Of a DNA stretch of 64,000 nucleotides, positions 36,048 through 49,730 are shown piece by piece (positions within the stretch are counted from its first letter, which is position 1; every line of letters begins with the position of its first letter). The translations under genes were made by a program, and so were the position numbers. A model generated the notes under the pieces. That model ran no database searches, was not told the DNA's origin, and saw nothing but the letters and a program-made list of their open reading frames with translations. The stretch comes from Octopus vulgaris. Lineage: Eukaryota. Where the stretch lies: assembly GCA_951406725.2 (NCBI GenBank), contig OX597820.1, positions 22,754,001-22,818,000 on the forward strand, given 5' to 3'.

Positions 36048-36433
36048 CTAGCAGTATCGCCCGGCATTACTCAGGTTTGTAAGGGAAATAACTATAAAGC
36101 ATTTTTAGAGAGTTATAGCCAAAAAATAGCAAAAAAATGGGGGAAAATGATGGTAAATTTTTTTTTTGAGAGTTAAAAAAGATCGAGTCGCGTCCCCGAG
36201 ACAGTCTGTGGTTTGTGTTTCTGATTCTCGACCCCATGTCGAATTTATCGATTTTTTTCAGAACTGGGGGAACTTTTCAAAATTTTCGCTGCGTTAGTTT
36301 TGAATTATGACATTGGGCTATGTGTGTGTCAAGTTTCATCCGAATCGGTTGAAAGCAGTGGTCAGGGTGAGGGTACAACCAAACAGACACACAGAAACAC
36401 ACACAGACAAACTGCCGTTTATATAGAGAGAGA
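36048..36433 (-). mobile_element. Non-autonomous Helitron
   Basis: Minus strand reads A|TCTCTCTCTATATAAAC...CCTGAGTAATGCCGGGCGATACTGCTAG|T: 5' TC, subterminal GC hairpin, 3' CTAG, insertion between A and T. CpG-rich, so probably young. Confidence 0.8.
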
Positions 36434-39400
36434 TGATAAATTGCATACAGGATATTATATCAAATTCAAATTAAGTATGCACTTTTAAAAGTGAAATGAA
36501 TTTTGAAATATTTTCTAATTTTGTAACTTTTTTTCTTTGCTTTTATAGATGTCTTTTAAAAGAGAAAATAAGCCAATATACATTTCAGGTTAACTGCAAA
36601 TTTAAATTTCGTGGTTATTTCAGTCTCATGGTGATGATGGCTGATGAAGTATTTTACAGAGATGAGAACTGACTGCGACACAGCCTGGCTCAACCCAAAC
36701 AAATACTAACAAATGGGGAATGCAGTGATGCACTATAATGGCACATGCCCCACATCTGACCTGACCAGACCTGTCAGTCCAGTAATAACATTAGGTATCT
36801 ACCAAAAATTAGAATTGGTGTTTTCTCTAAGTCACATTGCCTCAATAAAACTGATAAATCTCAACTAAGAACAGTTTCAAACACGACGTAACTCAAACAA
36901 AAGAAGATTGGTAGATAAAACTGATTTCTGAAGTTAAGGGTAATGAAATTTTGAACAGATATATCCGATTTCTGCACCAATAAGGTTGAATCCTTCAAAA
37001 TTCCAAACTGAATATTCATCAATGATATTGTAACGAATATGAGAGAGCAGGTGGGGGAGAGGAACTTAGAAATTATACATCCTGAGAAAAATCACACCTG
37101 ATACTTAAAAAGGCTTGATTAAATATGAAACCCAATATTTTTAAATGGACAGAAAAAAAGGGGAAGCGTGATTCTTGTGCTTTTCATAGGATAGATACAA
37201 CTAAGAATTAACATGAAATCAAAGACATGCTGAAGATATGGCTTGCAAGAACCTGTTTCTATTTACCAGAACAGCAATTACTAATTTCTTATTTTGTCTA
37301 CAAACTGTAAATTTATATGGAAATGAATATGATAGTGTGATATTCATGCCTTTCTCAAAATAAACATGAATAGAATAATTGTCAAAGTAAAGTGGTTCCA
37401 ACCAAGAATCAAAACCATCTTAAAGTATTGGCTTACTGGGAGCTTATTTCTTGCTCCATAGAACTTGAAAGTCGGAATAAGAAATATCAATAATACCAGT
37501 GTACTCTTGCCATAAAAAATAACCATTTTATTAATTATAGAGAATGGATCAGGTATCCAAAATAATGGTGGAAAACTATTAATAAATTTGTTATTTTATA
37601 ATTTGTATTTAACAGTAAAATAATACTAATAATGGTGATTTGAGGGTGAGTAGGTTGCTATTCCTCATAGGCTGAATGACTACATAGAAACCCTTTTCTG
37701 GCTAGTAAACATTGTGTGTGTGTACTGATTAGATGTAATTTTCACTGAAATAAGTTTTGTGTAGGTGTGTGTACGTATATATAATCTTTGAGGAAGGGAA
37801 TTACCAAAACAAACAAGTAAATGCTTCTAGAATAAGTAAATCAAACACCACCTGCTAACTTTTTTACTTTTGATACTCCTCACCATCACCACAGAAAAAC
37901 AATCTTTGAATTTATAAGTTTTGAACATTGTGTAATTTTTATCCACTCATAAATTTCACTTCTGAAAACTTTTGAAGAAATAATCTTATTTTCGTTCACT
38001 TGTCATAAATACTATTCTTTATACATATAAGGCAAGCTGGCAGAACCATAAGCACACTGAGCAAAATATTTAGTGGAATTTTATTCCTCTTAATGATTGG
38101 AGTTCAAATTCCTCCGAGTATGACTTTGCCTTTCATCCTTTCAGAGTTGATAAAAAAAATTACCAGTTCAGCACTGGGGTTGATGTAATCAACTTAACTA
38201 CTCCTAGGTATGAGTATAAAAAAAATGCATCATTCTGCTAAGTGATGTCAAGCCAGTGTGACAGAGCAGGCTCATCAAACCTGTATAATCTCAAGCCATT
38301 CACTGGTGGAGAAAACATGTTGAGGCCTTTGCCCTGCAGTGGACTGAACATGGGCAAATTTTCAACAATGTTAACTAAATAAGTTACATTAAATGTTTTT
38401 AATGATGGTTATGAGAAATAAAAAAAACAAACTATAATAACAAGCTGTTTTAAAGCATTTACTTATTCATTTCACTAATTTAAGAAGGTGAGGTTTTATA
38501 TGTATCTTTCAGTTTTGATCAAAATACCTGCTACTCCAACCATTGCAACATCTCTTACATGTTGTCATACTTCAAAATTACTTCTTTTGAATGTCAGTAA
38601 GCAAACACACAAGCTAATTATTATACATGGATAGTTACAAAATTAAATTTTAATTTTTTTTAAAGCTTAGTCAGAAGAGTAAAGACAGCACTCAAGGCAA
38701 TATTTTCACAGAGCTTCTGTGATTGGTGAGGCAAGAAGCAAAAAACATCACAACTTTTGCATTGTTCATATAAAAGACCTGGTCTTAATACTTGCAACAA
38801 ATTTGACTTGGGGTAAAGGGACCCCAAAGCCAGGTGGTACTGCTAAATTGGATGGTAAAATGAGTACACTACACAAGAACAGGTACAGTCCACATGAAAG
38901 GTTTCTGCACAATTTTCCCTCAAGCAAAATTCACTTACAAGGTTTGGTTCAACCCAAGGTACTATGCAGCAGGATTTATCCTAGAATCATTTGGTTGTGT
39001 AACAAACTTTTTTAATCTCATACCCATGCAAAAAAAATGATGCAATTTAAGAAAATCTGAAGAATTTTAATTACTGTGCACACATGAAAATTAACTGCTA
39101 TTGTATAACAATATATATCAGTTAAGTTAGTTCACAGCAGTAAATTACTTTAATCTTCTATGAATAGATACTGTAATATAAAACTTCTTAATTAGTCTGT
39201 CTCAGCAAGACACACAAAGCCTTTTCAGTTTGTTTAGCATCTCAGCAAAGGAAGTATTTCAAAATTATGAAAAATGACGACATCCAAACAAGATAAATTA
39301 ACATACATCAGATCTTACTTTCTGTGAAAGATTTTTTTAAACTAAGCTATCTGGCATGTGTTAGTACATGATATCTATGAGGTAATTAAGTATTGCCATA

Positions 39401-39559
39401 TATGGGAATCAAATGGTCAAAAATAGTAACACTGTACAAAATAAACTACCACAGTATAAATTATCAATTTCTCCAACTATCTTGGGAAGATAATCTTTAA
39501 ATGCATCAACCTCTACACATGTTTTCAAAACATCGCATTAGTAATGTTAAAAGTACATG

Positions 39560-40420
39560 TAGCTGAAGCAGGAATAGAGCCAGATAAAGATCATGCAGGT
39601 CACTGGACTACAAGTACTGCATGGCTCCCAGTGGTAATTCAATAATCTTTCACTTAATCTCTAGCAGGCCCTGGGTTGTAGCCTCCTTTAACTCATACCT
39701 GAATTTAGCACTGCGAAATAGTAAAACTTTGCAAATGTTTGTATGTAGTGGTGTTATAGGTATAATGGAGAAGAGGGGTTTGCGGTGAACTTCATTATGT
39801 TTTGCAGAGCAGGGTTGGAAGTAAAATGAGCAGTAAACGTGGTAACTTTGTCAGGGATGCTACTCAAAAATAAAGACTCATCTCGATTGAAGAGTAGAGG
39901 ATAGAAAGAATGCTGCAAAATTAGCAGAGAATTTCTTGGCAAGGAAAGAGAGGGTGTCATTATCATTCAATGTTTGTTTTCCATGTTGGCAAAGAGTTGG
40001 ATGGTTTGATAGGAACCAATGAGCTAGGGGACTGCACTGACCTCTAATGTTTGCTTTGGTATAATTTTCATGGCTGGATGACCTTCCTAACTTAAAATTA
40101 ATTTTTTTTTTTTTTTTTGGTTTGGTGTGGAGGAAGTAGAAGGGGACATGGCCATAGTTTTCAAAGGCCTTCCACAAATGGTGAGACAGATGACATCAAC
40201 ATTACATTTAACTTGTGAGGTGAGAGGGTGCTTGCAAGCTGTGCATTGTTAAGAAAATTTCTGTCATTTCTCTGATAATGGGGGTGGATAAATACCTCCG
40301 GTGGGTGGCTTCTTCAAGGTGTTGAAGACTGTATCTTTGCTTGTACAGCTGTGAACAAACTACTTAGTGGTTGGGGGTAAGACAGTTTGTGGAATGTGGA
40401 GGCACATACCTTGCAGAGTA
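39560..40420 (-). mobile_element. Decayed LINE ORF2 fragment, interrupted by an RTE-tail copy (about 39957-40095)
   Basis: 'PDKVTTFTAHFTSN' resembles the linker 'DKA.LFA..F.SNS' of CR1/Jockey-like LINEs; GC-richer than the flanks. Confidence 0.4.
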
Positions 40421-41011
40421 GTATCAGTTACCCATTTAGTGTCAAATGGGTCAGAGGTGAAATGCATTTTAAGTGCAAATCCCTATGTTTCTATTATATA
40501 GTCAACAAAATTTTTTTAACAAATTATGGTAATTTTACTGGTTCATGCTTATGTTGCAAAACTTAACTGTCATCACAAATGATTGACTGGATTATAAATC
40601 ATTACTGCAATGTCTACATTGCAGAAACAACTTAGAATAATTTATATCATAAATACTAAAACTCGAAACAGTTTCTGTTGTGTCTGGGGAGAGTCATTTT
40701 CTTTTTGTGCCTTATAATGTAACACACTCACCGGTAACAGTTTATATCATAAATGTTTTAAAATTCAAACTAATTTACATCATAACTCTTAAAACCTAAA
40801 ATAGCTAATATCATAAATACCATACATTATAATCTAAATTATAAGCTCAAAATAGTTTCACCATAAATGCTAAAATTCCAAATACCTGACATATAAATTA
40901 TGAAAACAAACACATATTTTATAAGTGGTTATCCTGAATCCTTCATAAGCAGACTGAAAAACTGTTAGATATACAATAGGATAATACAAAACAAAAAACA
41001 CACAAACTTAC

Positions 41012-41233
41012 CTCTCGAAGATCTCTTTGAAGTTTAACTAATTGTTCTTGAGACTTTATTAAATCTTTCTGAGTAGACGTTAGAGATTCTTCCAATTCTG
41101 TACATTTGTTTGTTAATTCTAAAATGTTTGTCCTAGTAGAAGTTAATTCTGAGTTCTGTTTTTCTACTGTTTCCTGAAGCTCTATCACACGGTTAACATC
41201 AGAATCTGGGTCTATTGATCCATTTGATAGCCT
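41012..41233 (-). CDS. PPFIA: Liprin-alpha (PPFIA/SYD-2 orthologue) internal exon A, 222 nt, phase 0-0: RLSNGSIDPDSDVNRVIELQETVEKQ...KDLIKSQEQLVKLQRDLRE
   Basis: Acceptor ttttag|AGG, donor GAG|gtaagt; 74 open codons. Matches vertebrate liprin-alpha 'RLSNGSID...VIELQE...ELEEDL...KDLIK...KLQRD.RE' as recalled. Confidence 0.95.
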
Positions 41234-41752
41234 CTAAAATATTGGGAGATGAAAGAAAGGAAATGATAGAAACAATTATTAGTTAATAAAAACGATGGGC
41301 ACATCAACAACTGAGTAAAAGGCAATAGAATCAGAAAATTAAGAAATAAAAATGAACTGAAAATTATTATTAATTATACAGTGACAAAAGAAGAGAATGA
41401 AAAATAAATAAGCATTGTGAAAAAAATGTTAATTACAAATGTAGTTAAAATAAAAGGAAAGCAGATTAGTAAGGTTCACACAAACAAGTTTACATTAAGT
41501 CATGCTTCAATGCTTTTATATGCCCGGCAAATGATTCAAATTTCTTCTACATTCTTCTCATTCACACATTTAGGTGTCACTTTACATAACTTTGGGTCAA
41601 TGAACTTCGGTTTAGAAAACTGCTAATTTTTCTTTTTTCTTTTTACTTTCCAATAATCGATAGAAATCAACCAAAATTTTGGCTTTAGTTTTCTTTTTCT
41701 TTTGTAATTCTTCAATTGAGTGTATATATATTCACATATACACACATATAAT

Positions 41753-41795
<43 letters not shown>

Positions 41796-43706
41796 TTATA
41801 TGTGTGTGTATGTGAATATATATATATATATATATATAAACAGATTTTGCATGTGTATGCACACACTTGAATGAACTCCAGGATGTTCCTATTCATGTCC
41901 TCTCTAAGAAATGCCAGCTTCAAAATGAAATGTAAATTAAATTATCCCTACATATTTTATATATTTACACATGCAAGTATGTATGTTTATGCAGAGATAT
42001 GAGCATATGTTATTGATCGTAATTAATCAAGTAGCAAATGTAGAAAAATAAAGTCATCTACCGGTTAAATAAAGACTAGAGACTTGCATTAAGTTAATGA
42101 AATAAGGTTACAAGCATCTTTTTTAAGGCTATACATCACAGAAATTCAAATTAGTTTTTTTTTCTTTCCTCCTCCCTTCCCCCCTTTTTTGTGGGCAATA
42201 AAGCCAAGCATATATATATCTGTATGACCTATCATTACATATATTGATACTGAACTGATATTAATGTAATCATCAAAAACTTGAAAGCAAAGGAAACTGA
42301 GTTAATATTGGCTTCAAGCTTTAGCACAATGCCAGCAGTTTTAGAGGGAGGGGTTAAGTTGATTATATTGACCCCAGTGCTCAACTGGTACTTATTTTAT
42401 CGACCCTGAAAGGATGAAATGCAAAGTCGACCTGAGCAGAATTTGAACTCAGAATGTAAAGCCAGACAAAATACCACTATGCATTTGCCTGGCATATTAA
42501 TGATTCTGCCAGCTTGTTGCCTTAAACTGAGTTAATATTATAAACTCTACTCTAGAAGTAGTACAAATACATGTTTATTATGGAAGAGAAAATGATGAAC
42601 TGTGAACATATTCCAGTTAAAAGTAATTAGAATTTGGCTGTGGACAAAAGAAAAACCGATCAAAGAATTTCTTTCAAGTCCTTTCGCCCTTGCATTTTTC
42701 AAAAGTTAATCTTAAAAAACTGCTTTTCCCAACTCTGTGTAAGCCATAAAATTTTTTTTAATGACTTGGGGTAGATGTGGGTATTACTTGAAGACAAATG
42801 CCAGTGTAAAAAGTACTCATATTTTACTGTAAGTATTTTAAGATTCAGATATTTAGATTATTTTCTGCAATTGAATTAGACTTTTGTGAAAGCCGATATG
42901 ATAATTCTAATGATTATCAGGTTAATCACACAAACAACATATCCAGATTCAAAACGAAAATTATAATTTTATAAAGTTTCTTACTATAAATGGTTAGCGA
43001 GCATAAGTATTCATAACTTGTTAGGATTGAGTTAATATATAATGGCATTTTTGCAAATTTGAGTAAAACAATTAAGTTTCATACATATTTATACAACCGA
43101 ATCTAACTGTGGCAAGAAAATTCTATATATGCAAGTAAACCAACCATATTATGAATAAATAATAGGCCAAAGAAAGAAGGAAAAAAAAATCCTCACGTTT
43201 ACTGCATATGGACTATTAAATTAAGATTGGTAAAAGTACTTAAATATAGCTTTTATGTCTAAACAAGTTTACATATATCAAACTAAATTTAATATACATG
43301 CATTATTTCAGGCCTCCTGGAATATATATATCCGTAACATTTTACCAATTTTTCACCATCATCTGTTCTACATAAAATGTCTATATTTGGCAACACAAAG
43401 TCTTAAAACAGTGATGTGGCAGCTAACAGTAGTGCTGCTAGCATTACAACAATGAATAAACTTGGTAAATTATGGATGGTCAGGTTTAATTTTAGGGTAA
43501 ACGTTTACATCAGAAACGCTTACACGGTAAATTTATATTTAACAGACAAATGTCTTCTAATACAGCCTTAGGCTGGCCCAAGTCTTGTGAGAGGAGCTCA
43601 TTCGACAGCCTGCCTCTGTTCTCAGAATTTAGCCAGGGCATTCCCCCCACTCTCACCCTACTTGCATTTTAAAATTCCAATTCTATTCTTTAAATGTTAA
43701 CTATCA

Positions 43707-44124
43707 GGCACAGGAGTGGCTGTGTGGTAAGTAGCTTGCTTACCAAACACATGGTACTGGGTTCAGTCCCACTGCATGGCACCTTGGGTAAGTGTCATCT
43801 ACTATAGCCTCGGGCCGACCAAAGCCTTGCGAGTGGATTTGGTAGATGGAGACTGGAAGAAGCCTGTCGTATATATATGTATATGTGTGTGTGTGTGTGC
43901 GCACACGCGCATGTCTATATATGTTTGTGTCTGTTTGTCCCCCCAACATCGCTTGACAACCGATGCTGGTGTGTTTACGTCCCCATAACTTAGCGGTTTG
44001 GCAAAAGAGACCAATACAATAAATACTAGGACTACAAAGAATAAGTCTTGGGGGTTGATTTGCTTGACTAAAGGCGGTGCTCCAGCATGGCCAGTCAAAT
44101 GACTGAAACAAGTAAAAGAATAAA
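43707..44124 (+). mobile_element. Full-length tRNA-derived SINE with internal (TA)/(TG) microsatellite
   Basis: Head 'ggcacaggagtggctgtgtggtaag...gggttcagtccc' with A/B-box-like motifs; many related copies in the window. Confidence 0.88.
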
Positions 44125-44639
44125 ACAATATCATTTTCTTAACTACTTATAACAACAATTCATTCACATTTTACCATGATCTAAGTCAGTTGGCACTGGC
44201 ATATGGCAGGTTTAAGAAAACCTGACTGCCAATCACTGTTTACATTGGTTTGTTTATAGCCAATTAGTTGGTGCAACATTCAGTTTATTGTTACCCAGGG
44301 TTTCCACTCCCGATAACGAGAGTATTGTGATATAAAATAATGACATTTTAGACAAAGTATACTTTACTAACATATGGCAGCCCCTGCAATAGATGCAAGC
44401 AAATGCTTGTGTACATAAGTGTATATATAGCAACAATTGTGTGTGTGTGCCAATCATTATCATTGTTTTAAGGTCTACTGCTCCATGTGTGCATAGGTTA
44501 CAGAGAATTCATTAAGGCAGATATTCCATGGCCAAACATTCTTCCTGTTTTCAACCCTTGCTTGTTCCCAAACAAACCAATATATCCCCAAGACTGAATG
44601 TGTTTTCATGGAAGGTAGGAAGCTAACAACATAACTTAT

Positions 44640-45343
44640 ACTTAGCTGAAAGTGTAGCTGCTACAATAAGAATAGCCTGGGCAAAGTTCAGAGAGCTCTT
44701 ACCTCTGCTGGTGACAAAGGGCCTCTCGCTCAGAATAAAAGGTAGACTGTATGATGCATGTGTATGAACAGCCATGCTACATGGCAGTGAAACACGGTCC
44801 ATGACTGCTGAGGACAAGCATAAGCTCAAAAGGAATGAAGCCAGTATGATCCGATGGATGTGTAACGTCAGTGTGCATACTCGACAGAGTGTAAGTACCT
44901 TGAGAGAAAAGTTGGACCTAAGAAGCATCAGATGTGGTGTGCAAGAGAGACGATTGCACTGGTATTGTCAAGTGGCGATAATGGATGAGGATAGCTGTAT
45001 GAAAAAGTGCCACACCCTAGTGGTTGAGGGAACCTGTGGAAGAGGTAGACCCAGAAAGACCTCGGATGAGGTGGTGAAGCATGATCTTCAAACATTAGGC
45101 CTCACCGAGGCAATGACCAGTGACCAAGACCTTTGGAAACATGTAGTGCCTGATTGGCCCTCTTGCCGGTGGCACGTAAAAGCACCCACTATACTCTCGG
45201 AGTGGTTGGCATTAGGAAGGGCATCCAGCTGTAGAAACTCTGCCAGATCAGATTGGAGCCTGGTGCAGCCATCTGGTTCGCCAGTCCTCAGTCAAATCAT
45301 CCAACCCATGCTAGCACAGAAAGCAGACGTTAAATGATGATGA
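44640..45343 (+). mobile_element. 5'-truncated RTE-clade LINE: C-terminal ORF remnant plus 3' tail
   Basis: '...AWAKFRELLPLL...IKGRLYDACV*TAMLHGSET...MIRWMCNVS...RRLHWY...VEGTCGRGRPRKT' is a typical RTE C-terminus. It has an in-frame stop and ends in (TGA)n. Confidence 0.9.
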
Positions 45344-45358
45344 TATATATGTACATCC

Positions 45359-45389
<31 letters not shown>

Positions 45390-46146
45390 TAAAACTTACT
45401 TGGAAAAGGATGCATGGCGTTCGGTCATATACTAATATAAATATCTACATACATATATGTACATACATGTATATATATATATGCATATATGGGTATAGGA
45501 TATCAAAAAAACGTGGGACACAATGAGAAACGAAATATAAAAACAAAAACATAGAAAACGAACGTTTTTTTTAACAACAAAAAAGCAGAGAAACGAGACA
45601 TGTAACACAAAGAATATTCCCCTTCATCAGTTGTCCCTGTTTCACCTACTCCATGTTTCGAAGGCAAGGACAAGATGCGACTTCATTGAAACAGTCCTTC
45701 CCGCAAAGCCAATTAAATAAAATTTGGGATTTTTTGCAGACGGTGAAAGTGGTAACAAGAACAGGACAGTGAGAACAAGACAATATAAACAAACGGTGAG
45801 GGCTGTTAAGCCAAGACAATAGAAAAATTATTCTGAATGCGAGGAAACAGTATAAGTACATGTTGTCTTTAGGAAGGTAATGGGCAGAAAGATAGATTCT
45901 CTTTCATCATATGTCAGTGATGAGGGAGTCAAGGAGGAAGAGTGAGAGAAAGGAAACAGTGAAGAGGAGAGGAGAAGAATAGGGAAGGGTGGGAGAGAAA
46001 ACCAGAAAGGATGACGACCAAGAGAGGGAGAGAGAGAGAGAGTGAGAGAAGAGATAGTAATGGTAGAAGAGTGCACATCATAATTATTAAGATAAAACTT
46101 ACTTGGAAAAGGATGCGTGGTGTTCAATCATATAATAATATAAATA
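45390..46146. repeat. Penelope-like remnant bracketed by about 55-bp direct repeats
   Basis: 'taaaacttacttggaaaaggatgc.tgg.gttc..tcatata.taatataaata' at 45390-45443 and 46093-46146. Family assignment is inferred. Confidence 0.5.
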
Positions 46147-46169
46147 ATATATAAATATATGCATTTATA

Positions 46170-46600
46170 CATCATCACCATCATTTAACATCCACTTTCC
46201 ATGCTGGCGTGGGTTGGACGGTTTGACCGAGGACTGGCAAACCAGGAGGCTGCAACAGGTTCCAACCTGACCTGGAAGAGTTTCTGCAGTTGGATGCCCT
46301 TCCTAATGCCAACCACTCCGAGAGCATAGTGGGTGCTTTTTACGTGCCACCAGCACAAGGGCCAGGTAGGCAGTGCTGCCATTGGCTACAATAATGACTT
46401 CACTTGATTCAACAGATCTTCACAAGTGCAGTTTAGGGCCTCTTCCATATATATATATATATAATAGGCTTCTTTCAGTTTCTGTCAACAAAATCCAATC
46501 ACAAGGATTTGCTCAGCCTGGGGTTATAGTAACAGACACTTTTTGAAGCTGGCAAGCAGCAGGACTGAACCCAGAACCATATGGTTGGGAAGCATAACCA
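46170..46600 (-). mobile_element. RTE-tail SINE (about 46170-46420) followed by a tRNA-SINE head remnant
   Basis: Matches 2948-3284 and the 43707 family. Confidence 0.75.
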
Positions 46601-46660
46601 TATATGTATCCAAGGACAGTATAGCTTTACAATTTGGAAACTAAGAGCAAAACTCGAAAC

Positions 46661-46966
46661 AGAATGAAAAAGCTATGTAAGAAGAATGGTTTACACTTTA
46701 ATCTATATTGCAATATTTCTGCACAGTTCAGAAGCAATGAAACAGCTATTTTACAAACCTTAACATGGTGCAACATGTACATAGGCTGCTAGGGCCTCTT
46801 CTGCTTGATGTTAGCATTTGAAAAATAACTGCTTCATTGTTCCTGATCTGTGCAAGATTGAAAGTAGCTTAGCTGTCATTCCCTTTTCGTAAAGGATTTT
46901 TGAAAATGAAATACGAAAACCTAAGTTTAAAATGTAAACCATTGTTCTTCATTTGCTTTTTATTCT
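46661..46966. repeat. About 300-bp foldback inverted repeat
   Basis: 'tgcacagttcagaagcaatgaaacagctattttacaaaccttaacat' vs 'atgttagcatttgaaaaataactgcttcattgttcctgatctgtgca'; outer arms 'aatggtttacacttta' vs 'taaaatgtaaaccatt'. Confidence 0.8.
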
Positions 46967-47032
46967 CACACCTTTATCTCCAACTTGCATTGTTATGGCT
47001 TTCTTAATATAACCCTTTCTCTCTCTCTCTCT

Positions 47033-47101
<69 letters not shown>

Positions 47102-48701
47102 CTGGCATGCCTTTTTCTACTGTAAGTATATAAACTTATTTGGTTTCATTCACCTACTCATCTATGAAAGGAAACACCATATATCTTTCTCCTAATAATT
47201 TCTTTAGGTTTCTTGTTCTGGGATTTGCTATTTCCATCTAAATTGCTTCGAGTGTTCTGATGATCAATGTCAAACTGGATATAATTTGGAGGATTTTACT
47301 AAGAGTCACATTAAAGAAACCACTTCCAATCACTAACAATAAATTTTATATTGGAAAGCTACAGTTCTCTTATGAAATGTTGAGTCAAATGTCTACAGCA
47401 CTTTGGTTAATGTTGGTGAATGTTCTGCACATTTGTGTAATTGTATTCCTGTTATTTTACTGATTTTCATTTTTATATCAAATCCAGTAACAGTCTATCA
47501 GATGACACAGCACTGATAGATTCATTCTGGGTTTTTTTTCCCTCTCAAGATATGCCACTAACAACTTTTTGATATGATGGTAACTAAAATCAGCTACATA
47601 AGGTCAATTAAGAAAGACCAAGAGTTATAGTGAGACAATGAGGTTGATTTGGTGCAGCTGTTTAGATGCTGGCTGTCTGACATGGCTGACTGACTATAGA
47701 ACCTGTTTTGGTGACAGTACTGGAGCGAAACACATGCAAAAATATACGTACACAGGGAAGGAGGAGGAGACGCAAGAGAAATATTAAAATGCCTGATGTC
47801 AAGTAAGTCAGCATCGAATCAGTGATGCCAAATCATCTCATGTACCCTTATAATAAATGGATGTTTAGGTGAATTGCAAACTTTAACATGAATATCTTCA
47901 CTAGACTCTAACAACTGATCAATCAAACCATGGACTCTCCCTCTGATGAGTAAAGGCCTTCCCTTATCTCCCCACAACTCTTGGCTTAGGTTGTCTGATC
48001 TCCCAAAATTTGTGATAGTTCTAGTTTCTCTTGGGTATTTTACAGATGTTGATACATATACTTGCTTGGTTAATTAAACGGCAACCCTTGTAGCATAGCC
48101 TTCTTACTCCTCAGGGCTGCAATACAATCTTTACTATTCAGATTACTCTATCAAATGTAACATTTATTCACATTGTTTTGAATTTATCCTGCATTAGCTT
48201 ATAGCCTTGTGATTTCAATTATGTGACTATATATATTCTTAGGCTAACATTGTAGGATAGGTGTGTGAGGCTGGGTTCTACTTAGTTTGAGTATAAAACA
48301 AAAAAAATATTTTAGCTGAATATGGCCAGTTTAAGGGCTGAATGGTTAATTCTGCCGATCCAACATGAATGACTTCTGAATTTATTGGCATAAGAATCAT
48401 TTTAACGTAACAATGGTCAAGAGTAATTAATTATTGGAATATAGACAAATGTGTTAGTGGTAGTTTTATTACTAGGCCAAAGAGCAAACAGTTTTATATT
48501 TCTAAAGCATTATTTTCTTTTGAGAGCAACAGCCATCCAACCAGAAAAAAATGACACATACAATGACTCTTGTAGGTGTGAACTTTGAAACAATATTGAA
48601 TAATTGCTACATAAATTACCTTCTAGCTAGAAAGTTATTTGATGATAAAGGCATGATTGTGTTCAAGAGTAAGCTGATATCTTGTAAATACACAAATACA
48701 T

Positions 48702-48930
48702 TTTATTCTTTTACTTGTTTCAGTCATTTGACTGCAGCTATGCTGGAGCACTGCCTCAAAGGGTTTTAGTTGAAGAAATCAACCCCAGGACTTATACTTT
48801 GTAAGCCTAGTACTTATTCTATCGGTCTCTTTTGCAAAACCACTAAGTTACGGAGGTATAAACACACCAGCATCAGTTGTCAAGTGATGACATGGGGGAC
48901 AAACACAGACATAAATAAATAAATAAATTA

Positions 48931-48966
<36 letters not shown>

Positions 48967-49122
48967 TGAGCTTCTTTCAGTTTCCATCAACCAAATCCAC
49001 TCACAAGGCTTTGATTGACCTGAAGCTATTGTAGAAAACACTTGTGCAAGGTGCCACATAGTGGGACTGAACCCGGAACCATGTGGCTGGGAGGCAAGCT
49101 TCTTACCACACAGCCATGCCTG
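48702..49122 (-). mobile_element. tRNA-derived SINE
   Basis: Reverse complement of the 43707-44124 family. Confidence 0.88.
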
Positions 49123-49297
49123 AAAGTTTAGTAAAAGGGGGCATAAATAAAATCTGGTACACCTACAAAGCACACTCAAGATATGATTGTGACCTGGAAG
49201 TTACACAAGGAAAAAACTAGTCATAATATTAAAATAAACTGATTGGTTTTTAATATTTATGATGATTCTTGAGTGTACCACATTCAATCAAGACTTC

Positions 49298-49730
49298 ACA
49301 TCAGATTGGAGCCTGGTGCAGTCGCTGGCTTTCCTGACCTCAGTCAAACCGTCCTACCCATGCCAGCATGGAAAATGGACATTAAACAATGATGATGATG
49401 GTGATTTACTAAGTATGTCATGGTGGTAAAACACCTGGAAGCTGTAAACACCTGACATACAATTGTCTGCTGCATCATAATCATCATCGTCATTTAACGT
49501 CCGTTCTCCATGCTAGCAAGGGTTGGACGGTTCAACCGGGGATCTGGGAAGCCAGACGGCTGCACCAGGCTCCAGTCTGATCTGGCAGTGTTTCTACAGC
49601 TGGATGCCCTTCCTAATGCCAACCACTCCGTGAGTGTAGTGGGTACATTTTACGTGCCACCTGCACAGGTGCCAGGCGAGGCTGGCAACGGCCACGATTG
49701 GATTGGTGCATTTTACGTGCCACCGACACG
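49298..49730. mobile_element. Inverted pair of RTE-tail copies (+ about 49298-49403; - about 49474-49730)
   Basis: 'tcagattggagcctggtgcagtc...catgccagcatggaaaatggacattaaac' pairs with 'tttaacgtccgttctccatgctagc...ggctgcaccaggctccagtctga'. Confidence 0.8.

Noticed and set aside
43707-43780. tRNA gene-like sequences (also 56289 and 53371)
   Set aside because: They are SINE heads followed by SINE bodies; no complete cloverleaf is evident.
44774-45337. 187-aa ORF as a host gene
   Set aside because: It is the C-terminal remnant of an RTE LINE running into its 3' tail, with an upstream in-frame stop.
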